Of a stretch of 46,824 nt of DNA, positions 8,429 through 18,497 are shown piece by piece. Numbering within the stretch: the stretch's first letter is position 1; every line of letters begins with the position of its first letter. Made by a program: the position numbers and the translations under genes. Under the pieces are notes generated by a model. That model saw only the letters and a program-made list of their open reading frames with translations. It had not been told where the DNA came from and made no database searches. The stretch comes from an uncultured Gammaproteobacteria bacterium (GTDB lineage Bacteria > Patescibacteriota > Patescibacteriia > Patescibacteriales > GWE2-39-37): assembly GCA_964443495.1 (NCBI GenBank), contig CAYUCS010000001.1:535496-582319 (forward strand), given 5' to 3'.

Positions 8429-9967
8429 CTAGTCCTGATCGATCAGCGCGGCGGCGACGAGGACTAGGCCGATGCCGAGCGGGTGGTTGAGGTAAGGCGT
8501 GAAGACGTGCACTGAGGCCAAGATGATTATGGCGATAGCAAAGCTGCCGTTCGGCAGACCGTATCTGTCTGGGGTGCGCCAATCTTCCCGACCTATCTTA
8601 TACAATAAATAAAGATAAGACAATAGTCCAAAAATACCTAATTTTAGCCAAATATCAAGCCAGCCCCATTCGAAGGCACTGGTCGTATAGTTGCCATCGG
8701 GACTGATTTTGAGGACCCGTGGATCCTGTGATTTGTAGGTGACTTCGGCACCGAAGCCCTTGCCCGAAATCGGGCTCGATTTGATCTGTTCCCAGAGCTT
8801 AGGCAAGAGCGCCCAGCGTGATCCGATTGCGGATTCATTGGCCTCGGTCAGCCTTTCAGAGAATAGATCGGTCGCGTTGAAGCCGCCAGTCGGGCGAGGC
8901 CAAGGCAATGCGATCGTAGTGCCGATGACTGCAACGGACAAGACGATGGCAATGGCCGAGGCGGCTAGCAGTGTTCGTACAGGACTAAGCAAGTTTTTGA
9001 AAAACGAGCCCCCGCTTTTAGCTGCTTTGACGACCAACCAAAGTCCGAACATGCCGAAGCCGGCGGCGGCACCGACCCAAAAGCTGCGCGAGAAGCTCAG
9101 GAGTATGGTTGTCAAATTAAGGGAAAGAAGCACCAGGGCAATTTTTGTTTCTTTTTTCCTGAAATATTCAATGAGCTTCTGACCGGAGACATTGGCAGTC
9201 AGCCAGCATGCGGCAAAGAAAAAGGCGAAAAGATTGTATATCTGCGATTGGATGAAAACACGGTAGAAGCCGCCCTCGATCTGGGTGATTTCGCCGATGC
9301 CGGTATCGCGCACCCAGTGATAGAGCGAGAATATCAGAAGCGTCTGGCCGTGCGAGAAGATATAGAGCAAGAAGAGCGTCTTGATCGAGAGCCAGGTGGT
9401 CGCCGCCCAGAAGACTGACCAGAGCATGTGCGGCAGCTGTGCGTTTTTCCGTACCCAGTATAGCGGGAAGACAAGACCGAAATAGATCCAGGCGTTGGCA
9501 TCAAGGAAGACATTCTTGGAATCGCTTTGCGTCAGCGAGCCGTTGAGCAGCCCCCAGGCAACCAGTAAGAACAAGACGGAAAAGGCGAGTCCGAAGCGGG
9601 CGGCTCTTATTTTATCAACCCAAGCTTTGAGCGTGCGTTCCCGCCAAAATGCCAGCGCGAATTTGCCCAACCAGACCAGCATCAAAAGCGACCAGATGGC
9701 GATGCGGATCGACAGCTTGAAGCTGCCTAGCTCAATGAAATAGAGATAGCCCTTTGAGCCGATGAATAGTTCGGCCAGGACGATCAAGACGGCGGCTTCA
9801 AGCCGCCAGATGGCTATGCCGAAAAAGGCCGCTATCAATAGCCAGAAAACGCCCTGGTTCATTTGAGGGATGGAGTAGCTGAAGTATGAAAAAAGTTCGG
9901 CCAGGAAAAAAGCGGCTAAAGCTTTCTTGTAGGTGGGATAATTACTGAGCATAGTGGTAAACGACAT
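8429..9967 (-). CDS. O-antigen ligase/polymerase-like (Wzy_C/WaaL/PglL-like) polytopic membrane protein
   Basis: About 12 TM segments, SFSRSFWVG motif, periplasmic loop SIGSRWALL..PISGKGFGA. True start may be ATG 9952. Confidence 0.8.
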   Translation of the reverse strand: MSFTTMLSNYPTYKKALAAFFLAELFSYFSYSIPQMNQGVFWLLIAAFFGIAIWRLEAAVLIVLAELFIGSKGYLYFIELGSFKLSIRIAIWSLLMLVWLGKFALAFWRERTLKAWVDKIRAARFGLAFSVLFLLVAWGLLNGSLTQSDSKNVFLDANAWIYFGLVFPLYWVRKNAQLPHMLWSVFWAATTWLSIKTLFLLYIFSHGQTLLIFSLYHWVRDTGIGEITQIEGGFYRVFIQSQIYNLFAFFFAACWLTANVSGQKLIEYFRKKETKIALVLLSLNLTTILLSFSRSFWVGAAAGFGMFGLWLVVKAAKSGGSFFKNLLSPVRTLLAASAIAIVLSVAVIGTTIALPWPRPTGGFNATDLFSERLTEANESAIGSRWALLPKLWEQIKSSPISGKGFGAEVTYKSQDPRVLKISPDGNYTTSAFEWGWLDIWLKLGIFGLLSYLYLLYKIGREDWRTPDRYGLPNGSFAIAIIILASVHVFTPYLNHPLGIGLVLVAAALIDQD

Positions 9968-10391
9968 TTGCGCCTGCGGTTATCTTGTTTTTTTCCGCCC
10001 AGCCAGCAGGCACTTCGAGGACGTAATTGGCCGGTTCATCGGATTGATAAGTCTTCTGAGGGCTATCGCCTTCGGGCGGCAGGTTCGGCGAAATCTTGAT
10101 GACAGTATTGTCTTTGATCCAGATGATGTCTATCGGGAATAGCATATTTTTCATCCAGAATGATCTTGGGGTCAGCTCGCTGAAAATAAAAAGCATGCCC
10201 TGGTTTTTCCCTAGAGGCTTGTGGCCGGACAGCCCCTTGATCTGTTCCGCTTGCGTCCTGGCTAATTCGATTTCGACTTTTCGGCCGTTGATTTCGACGT
10301 ACGGCTTGGCTTCGTCCTTCCCTGTCCCGGCACAACCGGTGAGGAGGAGAGTGGAAAGCGCAATAATGGCGAACTTGGCTTTGGCGTTCAT
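9942..10391 (-). CDS. DUF192 family lipoprotein
   Basis: Lipobox LTGC, then GLSG...GMLFIF....FWMKNMLFPIDIIWI and YVLEVPAG. Confidence 0.9.
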   Translation of the reverse strand: MNAKAKFAIIALSTLLLTGCAGTGKDEAKPYVEINGRKVEIELARTQAEQIKGLSGHKPLGKNQGMLFIFSELTPRSFWMKNMLFPIDIIWIKDNTVIKISPNLPPEGDSPQKTYQSDEPANYVLEVPAGWAEKNKITAGANVVYHYAQ

Positions 10392-11371
10392 TTTTTTTCT
10401 TTGAATATTTTCCTGATCACTTCGTCGATATCGACCTCGTCGATCAGGATGTCATCGACCGGCAGGTCCGAGGAAAGGATCCTGGTCGCTGCCTGCTTGA
10501 CCTGATCGCGCTCCACCTCGATCCAGGCCTCGTAGCGGTTGAATTTTTGGATCTGGCCGAACGGCTCGACCTGCTCCTTGGACACGCCCTGGTCGTTGAA
10601 AGTGATTTTCAGGGTCTTGTAAGGCGCGTATTGCTTGATCAGGTCGTCAAGCAAGCCGTCGTAACCGATTTCGCCATGGTCGATGATGACCACCCTTTTG
10701 CAAAGCTCCTTGATGTCGTCCATGTAGTGCGACGTCAGGATGATGGTCGTCTTCTTCTCGCGGTTGTACTTCTTGATGAAGTCGCGGATATTCTTCTGCG
10801 CTACGACGTCGAGGCCGATGGTCGGCTCGTCGAGAAACAGGATCCGCGGCTGGTGCAGCAAGGCGGCGACCAGTTCGCACTTCATGCGCTGACCCAAGGA
10901 AAGCTTGCGGACTTGGACGTCAAGAATATCCTTGATTTCCAGGAGCGTGGTCAATTCTTCCAGATTCTTCTCGAACTCGGCATCGGTCACTTCATAGATT
11001 TCTTTGTTGAGGATGAAGCTGTCCATGGCGGGCAAGTCCCACCAAAGCTGGTTCTTTTGGCCCATAACCAGGGCAAACTGCTTCTGGTACTCTTTCTGAC
11101 GCTTGTGCGGCGTGAAGCCGAGCACTTTCGCCTCGCCGGCCGATGGGTGGAGGATGCCGGATAGCATCTTCAAGGTAGTCGTCTTCCCCGCTCCGTTCGG
11201 TCCGAGGAAGCCGATGAGTTCGCCCTCTTCGATAGAAAGGCTGATATCCTTGACGGCTTCAGTGATCAGTTTCTCGCGTTTGAACAGGCCCTTGATCGAG
11301 GCTGCGAGCCCAGGCTGCTTCTTGTAGTATTCGTAGGTCTTGGAAAGACCCTTTACTTCGATGATAGGCAT
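10388..11371 (-). CDS. ABC transporter ATP-binding protein (DrrA/ABC-2 exporter type)
   Basis: Walker A GPNGAGKTT, signature LSLGQ, Walker B LFLDEPT, H-loop TSHYM. Confidence 0.95.
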   Translation of the reverse strand: MPIIEVKGLSKTYEYYKKQPGLAASIKGLFKREKLITEAVKDISLSIEEGELIGFLGPNGAGKTTTLKMLSGILHPSAGEAKVLGFTPHKRQKEYQKQFALVMGQKNQLWWDLPAMDSFILNKEIYEVTDAEFEKNLEELTTLLEIKDILDVQVRKLSLGQRMKCELVAALLHQPRILFLDEPTIGLDVVAQKNIRDFIKKYNREKKTTIILTSHYMDDIKELCKRVVIIDHGEIGYDGLLDDLIKQYAPYKTLKITFNDQGVSKEQVEPFGQIQKFNRYEAWIEVERDQVKQAATRILSSDLPVDDILIDEVDIDEVIRKIFKEKK

Positions 11372-11395
11372 AATAGTATTTTAGGTGAATTGTTA

Positions 11396-12193
11396 TCAAA
11401 TGCCAACTCCTTCATATTTTCTCAGGCCGAAATGCCAGATCGTCTTGATGCCGGCGTAGAGGACGGCCAGCCAGACGAATTCCGTAGCCAAGCCATAAAG
11501 ACCTTGCATTGGCGTGATCTTGCCCAAGTAGAGCTGTATCGGAATAAAGAAGGTGTAAATAAAAGGAAAGAACATGCTTGCTTTAAGGAATGCGGCCGGC
11601 AGGAGCCCCATGGGAAAGTAGGCGCCGGAGAGGAATTTGCTGATGATGTTCAAGGAAAAATAGGTGCCGGAAATCTCGACGATCCAGAATGCGAGCAAGC
11701 CGATAATAACCGAGAAGAATAGCCTGATGAAATAGGCTGTGGCGATCATCGCCAGAAGCAGCAGAAGGATAAGCGGTTGCGTGTTTAAGATGAGGTGGTC
11801 GCGCATCAGCCAGATCAGCGCGGTTTCAATGCCGACAACGACTACGAAGGCGAAGACGATGCGACCGATCGAGACCGAGGCCATGTAACGCAAATAGCTG
11901 ATCGGTTTGGTAATGAAGTTCGATAGCGTTCCCTGGTGGATGTCTTTGGCGATCTTTTCCTCGAAACCGTAATTCGAGGTAGCGAAGAGGATGAACCAGC
12001 CGATGACCACATAGGTGATCATCTCGTCATACGAATACCCCTTGATCAATTCGGCGTTCTGGAAGATGACCGTCCAAACGACTACTTGCGAAACCACCTC
12101 GAAAATGTGCCCTACGCTATAGCTGGCGATGTTGGCGCGATATGCTAGGTGGCGCTGGAATTCGTTCTTGAGGATTAGTAAGTATTTTTTCAT
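11396..12193 (-). CDS. ABC-2 family permease (paralog 1)
   Basis: About 6 TMs, IAKDIHQGTLSNFITKPISY, LSGAYFP, ends YEGVGI. Confidence 0.88.
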   Translation of the reverse strand: MKKYLLILKNEFQRHLAYRANIASYSVGHIFEVVSQVVVWTVIFQNAELIKGYSYDEMITYVVIGWFILFATSNYGFEEKIAKDIHQGTLSNFITKPISYLRYMASVSIGRIVFAFVVVVGIETALIWLMRDHLILNTQPLILLLLLAMIATAYFIRLFFSVIIGLLAFWIVEISGTYFSLNIISKFLSGAYFPMGLLPAAFLKASMFFPFIYTFFIPIQLYLGKITPMQGLYGLATEFVWLAVLYAGIKTIWHFGLRKYEGVGI

Positions 12194-12197
12194 ATGT

Positions 12198-12995
12198 TTA
12201 GGCGCCTACGCCTTCATAGTTTCTAAGCCCGCGCTTCCAGATGATTTTTATCAGCAAGTACAGCGCGGCCAACCAGGCGATTTCAATGGCGAGGCCGTAA
12301 AGGCCGTCGCTTAGACTGGCCTTGCCCAGGTAGAGCTGGGCTGGAAAAAAGATTATGTAGGCGAACGGAAAGGCCATGCAAACCTGGTAGAATGCGGTCG
12401 GCAAAATGTTCAGCGGAGCATACCCGCCGGAGAGAAAACGGATCAACACATTGAAGAAGCTGTTGAGGCCGGCATTTTCCGTGACCCAGAACGAAAGCAT
12501 GCCGATCAGCACCGAGATGAACAGCCTGATAAAATAGCCGATAACGACAATCAGGATGATGAGCGCAATAACGGCCAGGCCTGGAGGCGGAATGATTAGG
12601 CGGTGGAAAGCGGCGATCAAGGCGATCTGCACGACGACGCCGGAAAAGAGCGCCAGCGACGCTCGGCCGATAGACATCGTGACCATGTATTTGAGATAGC
12701 TGATCGGCTTGGTCAGGAAGTTGTTCAAGGTGCCGTCGCGGATGTCGCGGTTGACGATCGTTTCCAGTCCGAAGTTCGCGGTAAGAAAGGAAAAAAGCCA
12801 GCTGACGATGATATAGGTGGTCATCTCGGGGAAAGTATAGCCGTTGATTTTAAGGCTAGTTTGGAAGACGGCATACCAAATCGCCATCTGGAACAAGATG
12901 TCGAAAAGATTGGCCAGGCGGTAACCCAGGATGTCGGTGCGGTAGGCGAATTGCCGCAGCCAGGCAGTCTTGATGATGGCGATATATTTCTTCAT
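12198..12995 (-). CDS. ABC-2 family permease (paralog 2)
   Basis: VNRDIRDGTLNNFLTKPISY, LSGGYAP, ends YEGVGA. Confidence 0.88.
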   Translation of the reverse strand: MKKYIAIIKTAWLRQFAYRTDILGYRLANLFDILFQMAIWYAVFQTSLKINGYTFPEMTTYIIVSWLFSFLTANFGLETIVNRDIRDGTLNNFLTKPISYLKYMVTMSIGRASLALFSGVVVQIALIAAFHRLIIPPPGLAVIALIILIVVIGYFIRLFISVLIGMLSFWVTENAGLNSFFNVLIRFLSGGYAPLNILPTAFYQVCMAFPFAYIIFFPAQLYLGKASLSDGLYGLAIEIAWLAALYLLIKIIWKRGLRNYEGVGA

Positions 12996-12996
12996 A

Positions 12997-13803
12997 TTAG
13001 CTTGAGGCGCTGGAATAAACCTTGAGTCCTGCCCTGAAAACGGCTCTGGCGGCGATAAAGAAGGCCAAGGCCACTCCGGTTGCAGTCAAAAGCAACGGAT
13101 AATTCGGTCCGAAAGCCAAGACCTTGGCTGGCACGGTTGCTACGAAGGCGATCGGGAAGATAGATGAAAAGAATACCTTGATGAACTTGCCGTAGAGAAT
13201 GTCGGTCGGGTATTGGGCCATGCGCAGAAAGTTCTCGAACATGATGTTGATGCTGCTGATTTCCGCGTACCAGAAAAAGAGCGAATTGATGGCCAAGGAC
13301 AAGGAATAATAAACGATATAGCCGTCAATAATCAGTGCGGCATAGATCCAGCCGCGCGCCAGCAGTTCGGTTGACGATAGCCCCAGGTGGCCGATGGTGA
13401 CAGCGAAGATGTAGCCGGCTATGACCAGGCGCGTCAGGTCTTCCGGATCGACGCGCCAAGTGGAAACGGAAAAGAGCGTGTTCACGGGCTGTATCAGGAA
13501 TCGATCGAACGTGCCCATCAGCACATTCTTGCGGATACCCGCCATGAAAGCGTTGGTCGTCCACATCAGACCCTCGACGATCAGGAAGGAAGCCAGCACT
13601 AGCATCGCCTGGTCATAGCTCCAGCCGGAGATGTCGCTGGCGTATTTATAGATGACTTTAATGAAGACGATCGAAAGGATGCCTTGGGCGATAGCTGAAA
13701 GAGCCAGAATGAAAAAATTCAAAGGATAGGCCATCCTAGTCATGACCGAAGCCCGCATGCGGATAAGATATATCCTGATGTATCTAGATGCCGTAGCCTT
13801 CAT
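12997..13803 (-). CDS. ABC-2 family permease (second subtype)
   Basis: GTFDRFLIQPVN, AQYPTDI, FVATVPA, ends YSSASS. ATG 13803 preferred over 13842. Confidence 0.88.
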   Translation of the reverse strand: MKATASRYIRIYLIRMRASVMTRMAYPLNFFILALSAIAQGILSIVFIKVIYKYASDISGWSYDQAMLVLASFLIVEGLMWTTNAFMAGIRKNVLMGTFDRFLIQPVNTLFSVSTWRVDPEDLTRLVIAGYIFAVTIGHLGLSSTELLARGWIYAALIIDGYIVYYSLSLAINSLFFWYAEISSINIMFENFLRMAQYPTDILYGKFIKVFFSSIFPIAFVATVPAKVLAFGPNYPLLLTATGVALAFFIAARAVFRAGLKVYSSASS

Positions 13804-14620
13804 ATCGTTTGATTCCATGATTAAAAAGCAGCCTGCCGCCATACCAGAGCAGTATTACCCAGGCAAAGCCGAAAGCAAGCTCGACGACTGAATCGGCTAT
13901 TGTCATGCGCCCGGTGATTATGGATAGAGGGATGAAGAGGACGTATTTGAACGGTAGGAAATCCGCCAAATGCTGCAAAGCACTTGGCAATAAGTCGATC
14001 GGTACGACTCGCCCGGAAAATATTCCAGTCACGGTCCAGGACAAGAAGATGATGCCGTATATATTTTCTGAATAGAAGGTCAGCATACCGATCAGGTAAT
14101 TGAAGAAAAAGTCCATGCAGGAGGCGATCAGGATAGCAAGCAGGAATAAAGCGATCCGTGAGGCAGTAAATGATAGCTGGTCGCGGAAATAGTAGGCCAA
14201 AGGAATCGCAATCGGCAGCGTGTAGATGCTGGCGATGATGATTTCGCCGACGTTTTGGAAAAACAGCTTCTTGGCGTAGCTGATCGGTTTCAAAAGGAAA
14301 TTGACCAGCCGTCCTTGGCTGATATCATCGTTGATCTGGCGGACCATGTCATCGGACATGACGGTCATGCCGATGACGCGGCTGACGGCGAAGTAACACA
14401 AAAGCGTAGCGAGCGAGTAGCTCCCCACCTGGTTGCCTTGCCTGTAGATCGAGAGCCAAAGATAGGCCATAACCAAAAAGCCCAGCCCTTCGACCAGGAA
14501 CCAGGCGAAAAAATTAAGGCGGTAGACCATGACTTTCTGCATGCCATTCTGGCAGACGATCCAGTATTTTTTTCCGCCCCAGGCGGGCCAGCTTCGAGCT
14601 GGGGTAGCTGAACTTGTCAT
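13784..14620 (-). CDS. ABC-2 family permease (paralog 3)
   Basis: INDDISQGRLVNFLLKPISY, FSGRVVP, ends YEGYGI. Confidence 0.88.
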   Translation of the reverse strand: MTSSATPARSWPAWGGKKYWIVCQNGMQKVMVYRLNFFAWFLVEGLGFLVMAYLWLSIYRQGNQVGSYSLATLLCYFAVSRVIGMTVMSDDMVRQINDDISQGRLVNFLLKPISYAKKLFFQNVGEIIIASIYTLPIAIPLAYYFRDQLSFTASRIALFLLAILIASCMDFFFNYLIGMLTFYSENIYGIIFLSWTVTGIFSGRVVPIDLLPSALQHLADFLPFKYVLFIPLSIITGRMTIADSVVELAFGFAWVILLWYGGRLLFNHGIKRYEGYGI

Positions 14621-15321
14621 GCTAAATGATGTTTGCGTTTGATATTAGCGACTGCCGATTTATATTTCTTTACTTGGGGCAAAAACGGCAGTAGCTTGTA
14701 GGCGAAGGACGGCAGCCAGCTGGAGATGGTGCCGCCAGGGCTGACGACGAACAGCACTTGATCGATCCACTGGCCCTTGTGCCCTGCCTCGAGCATGGTC
14801 AGCCACAAGTCCCAGTCCTGCAGTTTCTTGACCGACTCATCCCAGCCGCTGGCCGGATAAGCGGCGCGCCGGACCAAGGACATGGTATGGATGAATGGCG
14901 CTGATTTGAGGCGCTCTTCGCTGAACGGTCCGATCTTGAAAAGCTTCGAACCCCAGAGGAATGAGCTGTACGCGTAGCTCTTGTCTGGGTGAGCTTCAAG
15001 TTCGGCCTTCATGATCTTCAGCGCCTCCGGCTTGAGTACGGCGTCGGCGTCGCAAAAGAAAAGGTATTCTCCGGAGCTGGCAGCGAGGCCGCGGTTCCGG
15101 GCGGCTGGAGCGCCTTTGTTTTCCTGGCTGAAAAATCGATAAGGCATGCCAGCTTGCTTGAACTTTTCTTGGTAGGCAGCCAGGGTCGGTTCGATCGCGT
15201 CCTTGGAGCCATCGTTGACTACGATCACCTCAAGCTCGCTTTCCTGCTGGGCAAGCAAGGAGTCGAGGGTTTTACCGATCTTATCGGCTTGATTGAATAC
15301 GGGTATAATGACGGAAATCAT
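14617..15321 (-). CDS. Glycosyltransferase family 2
   Basis: ISVIIPVFN, VNDGSKD, GAPAARNRG, FCDAD (DxD), DWDLW. Confidence 0.92.
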   Translation of the reverse strand: MISVIIPVFNQADKIGKTLDSLLAQQESELEVIVVNDGSKDAIEPTLAAYQEKFKQAGMPYRFFSQENKGAPAARNRGLAASSGEYLFFCDADAVLKPEALKIMKAELEAHPDKSYAYSSFLWGSKLFKIGPFSEERLKSAPFIHTMSLVRRAAYPASGWDESVKKLQDWDLWLTMLEAGHKGQWIDQVLFVVSPGGTISSWLPSFAYKLLPFLPQVKKYKSAVANIKRKHHLA

Positions 15322-15329
15322 AGGGGCTT

Positions 15330-16430
15330 TTAGATTTTGTTATTTGGAAATAATACGGCGTAGAATTGGCGGGCTTTCTCGCTCCAGGAAAAATGACGCA
15401 GGGCGCGTTCGCGTCCCTGACTGCCGAGCTTTTCGGCGTAGACCGGATCAAGGATCAGGGTTTGGATGGCTTGTCTGATCTCGTTGGTGTCTTCAGGGTT
15501 AACCAGCAAGCCGTTGTGGTCGCTGACCACGGCGTCAGGCGAGCCGCCGGAGCGCCCTGCGATCACCGGTTTGCCCATCTGATTAGCTTCCAGGAAAACG
15601 ATGCCGAAGCCTTCGAAGTCGCCGTCGATATCGCGCGCCGGCATTATGAATAGGCGGCAAAGCGACATCCATGACCACTTTTCCGCGTCGGTTACTTGTC
15701 CTGTAAAGATGATGCGGCTTTGGCAATCCGCCGGCAAGGCCGATACCAGTCCTTTGAGATAATTTTCGTCAGGGCCGGTGCCGGCGATGACGTAGATCAG
15801 GTTGGAATCTTGCGAGAAAAGTTCCGGCAACGACCGGATGACCATATCCATTCCCTTGCGTTTGACTAGCCGAGAGATGGAAAAGATGATGGCCTTGCCG
15901 TCGAGGGCGTATTTGGCAACTAGAGAATTAGTGACTAATGGGTCGACGGCCGGCATTTCACCGATGCCTGGATTGACGACCGCGATATTAGTGACATCCT
16001 GGAGCAGCGGCTTCGCCAGTTCGGCAACGTAACTGTTGGAGCAGATCACCTTCTCAGCTCCTTGAAGTATGCGTTTGGCCAGCCAGCGTTTGCGCGCGCT
16101 TCGCATGGCGAAAGGCAAATCCATGCCGTGGAGCACGACGCTGTAAGTACAGCCAAGGCTCTTTGCCCGCAACCAGGCTACGGTGCCGAGCGGCAACAGC
16201 TGCCCGACGATAATGTGGCTTGTGCCATGCTCTTTGACGGCGCGCGAGAGTTCTTTGAATGCCGGGCGCCACTTGAAAAAGCGCAGCTTGCTGTCGATGA
16301 GCTTTTCGCCGGCATTGTCGAGGACGTCTAGCCGTTCGCTGCCAGGCCAGTATTTCACGAGCTGCTCGTAGTAGTTGGCGACACCGCCGACTTGAGGCGG
16401 ATATTCGATTGTGAATAGCAGTGTTTTCAT
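15330..16430 (-). CDS. Glycosyltransferase family 4 (PimB-like)
   Basis: YPPQVGGVANY, SRLVKRKG, EGFGIVFLEA..GKPVIAGRSGG. Confidence 0.93.
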   Translation of the reverse strand: MKTLLFTIEYPPQVGGVANYYEQLVKYWPGSERLDVLDNAGEKLIDSKLRFFKWRPAFKELSRAVKEHGTSHIIVGQLLPLGTVAWLRAKSLGCTYSVVLHGMDLPFAMRSARKRWLAKRILQGAEKVICSNSYVAELAKPLLQDVTNIAVVNPGIGEMPAVDPLVTNSLVAKYALDGKAIIFSISRLVKRKGMDMVIRSLPELFSQDSNLIYVIAGTGPDENYLKGLVSALPADCQSRIIFTGQVTDAEKWSWMSLCRLFIMPARDIDGDFEGFGIVFLEANQMGKPVIAGRSGGSPDAVVSDHNGLLVNPEDTNEIRQAIQTLILDPVYAEKLGSQGRERALRHFSWSEKARQFYAVLFPNNKI

Positions 16431-17887
16431 GAGTTTGTTTCCTGGTTGCCGCCGCGCTTGAATGAAGCGGCGATGCTCAATATATCTTCTTTGCGAAAGG
16501 CGCGGACAATGAACAGAAGGGCGAAATATGCCGCTCCGGAGATCGCCACGACTAAGAAGACGTTTAAATAATTTTTCAATAGAGTCGAAAGTCCGCCCAT
16601 TACCGCCGAGGCCAAGAGCACCTTCCCTGCCATCGTGGCGACCTTGCGGCGATTGTAATCGGTAATGGCCGGAATCAGCCGCATGCCGAGGACAAACATC
16701 ATGAAGTTGGTGGCCAGGACGGCGACCGAGGCGCCGACCGCTTGGTATTTCGGTATCAGCGCAAGATTAAGCGCGGCGCTCGTCAAGGTGACGATGACCA
16801 TGTTGCGGGTGTTGGCCTTTTGCTGGTCGCAGGCGTTGAGCAAAGCGCCTAAGGCGAAGTTGAGGAAAAGGAAGACCAGGGCGGCGATATTCAGGCGCAG
16901 CGGCCAAAGCGCGTTGGCATAGCTGTCGGTAAATAGGAGCAGGATCTTGTCGGCGATCGAGATGATGCCGATGCTGATCGGCATGGCGATAATCAGAAGA
17001 TAATTCATCGCGCGCTCAAAGGTGATGGCCAGTTGCGAGCGGTTGTTTTGCCAGTACGAAGCGAAGGCCGGGTAAAGCGATGCCGAAAAGGCCGCGGGCA
17101 GGAATTGCAAGGCAAAGATGATTTTGAAAGCGACCTGGTAGATTCCGACCGCTTCATCGCCGGCTAGTCGTGACAACAGGACAGTGTCGAAGTAGGTGTA
17201 AAAACGCTGAGCGATGCCGAAAGTGGCGAACGGCAAGCTGATAATGATAAGCTTCTTGGCCAGTTCGCGATCGATGATCGGTCGGATCCTGATTTTCCAT
17301 TTTCGCGTGACGATGAAGTAGGCATAGATCGTATTGAGCAGGCTGGCAACGACCAGCGCGCCCATCTGCCACTCGACCCCGTAACCGAGCTTGAGTGTCA
17401 GAAGACCCAAGCCAAGTACGGTCAATTGATACGAAACCGAGGCGATGCTTTCGAAAGACAGATTGTGGAAGCCGCGGCTCAAGGAAAAAAAAGTCAGGGT
17501 AAAGGAATCGAAGATCATGCAAGCCGAAGCGAGATAGACAAGGAATTTGGTCAAGTCAGGATAGCCCATCAGGTTGACCGAAAGCACTAAGCCGAGCCAG
17601 ACCAGCAAGGTCAGCGGCAGCTTCAAGCCGAGGACGTTGTTCAGATACTGCCCTGCCCGCTCAGGATCTTTGGCGGTCTCGCGGGTCGAGACGTTGGAAA
17701 AACCGAGGTCGATGAAGACGGCGAAGATCGTGGTGAAAGACAGGGCGAAGTAGTACTTGCCTAAATCCTCCGGACCGAGAGCCCTGGCGATGATGACGAA
17801 ATAGGTAAAAGAAACCACCTTCTGCAAGATCAATGCTAAGGTGTAATAAGAAGTGTTTTTCGCGATATTAACGACTTTTTGAGCCAT
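16427..17887 (-). CDS. Wzx-type polysaccharide flippase (MOP superfamily)
   Basis: IAKNTSYY, LGPEDLGKYYFALS, DLGFS, DTVLLSRLAGDEAVGIYQVAFK, about 14 TMs. Confidence 0.9.
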   Translation of the reverse strand: MAQKVVNIAKNTSYYTLALILQKVVSFTYFVIIARALGPEDLGKYYFALSFTTIFAVFIDLGFSNVSTRETAKDPERAGQYLNNVLGLKLPLTLLVWLGLVLSVNLMGYPDLTKFLVYLASACMIFDSFTLTFFSLSRGFHNLSFESIASVSYQLTVLGLGLLTLKLGYGVEWQMGALVVASLLNTIYAYFIVTRKWKIRIRPIIDRELAKKLIIISLPFATFGIAQRFYTYFDTVLLSRLAGDEAVGIYQVAFKIIFALQFLPAAFSASLYPAFASYWQNNRSQLAITFERAMNYLLIIAMPISIGIISIADKILLLFTDSYANALWPLRLNIAALVFLFLNFALGALLNACDQQKANTRNMVIVTLTSAALNLALIPKYQAVGASVAVLATNFMMFVLGMRLIPAITDYNRRKVATMAGKVLLASAVMGGLSTLLKNYLNVFLVVAISGAAYFALLFIVRAFRKEDILSIAASFKRGGNQETNS

Positions 17888-17957
17888 ATGTTCATCAAAA
17901 AGCCCTGTCCGGGCCTAGGTTTATTATACCTTATTTAAGCTAAAAATCCAGCCTAAA

Positions 17958-17992
17958 AACAAACAACCTCCGATAATCGGAGGTTGTTTGTT
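17958..17992. terminator. Intrinsic terminator after rpsI
   Basis: AACAAACAACCTCCGAT-A-ATCGGAGGTTGTTTGTT 17-bp inverted repeat. Confidence 0.85.
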
Positions 17993-18022
17993 GGTATATA
18001 CAAAGAGGTGTATACTGATTGT

Positions 18023-18490
18023 TTAGCGCTTGGCCCACTGCGGAGCTTTGCGAGCTTTCTTCAAACCTGGCTTTTTGCGTTCCTTGACGCGTGAATCGCG
18101 GGTCAGGAGGCCTTTAGCCTTCAAGGTCGGGCGCAGAGCTTCTTCCAGGGCGATCAGGGTGCGGGAAATGCCGTGGCGGATCGCGTCAGCCTGGCCCTTT
18201 TTGCCGCCGCCGGTGACCAGGACGGAGAAATTCAAATCCTTGGTGTGGCTGGTCAATTTCAAAGGGACCAGTGAAATATTGGAAAAAGTCGGTGTCAGGT
18301 ATTCCTCGAGAGACATGCCGTTGACAGTGATGATGCCTTCGCCCTTCTGGTACAGACGGACGCGAGCAATCGCCGCTTTGCGCTTGCCTACGGCTTCGAT
18401 ATATCGGCCCTTGAACTGGGTGGCCGGAGCAGCAGCCTTCTTGGTTTCCTTTTTGGCTTCGGTTTTTTTCTTTGGTTCGGTCATAGTCAA
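18023..18490 (-). CDS. rpsI: 30S ribosomal protein S9
   Basis: GKRKAAIARVRL, GGGKKGQADAIRHGISR, LLTRDSRVKERKKPGLKKARKAPQWAKR. Confidence 0.98.
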   Translation of the reverse strand: MTMTEPKKKTEAKKETKKAAAPATQFKGRYIEAVGKRKAAIARVRLYQKGEGIITVNGMSLEEYLTPTFSNISLVPLKLTSHTKDLNFSVLVTGGGKKGQADAIRHGISRTLIALEEALRPTLKAKGLLTRDSRVKERKKPGLKKARKAPQWAKR

Positions 18491-18497
18491 GGAGTGA

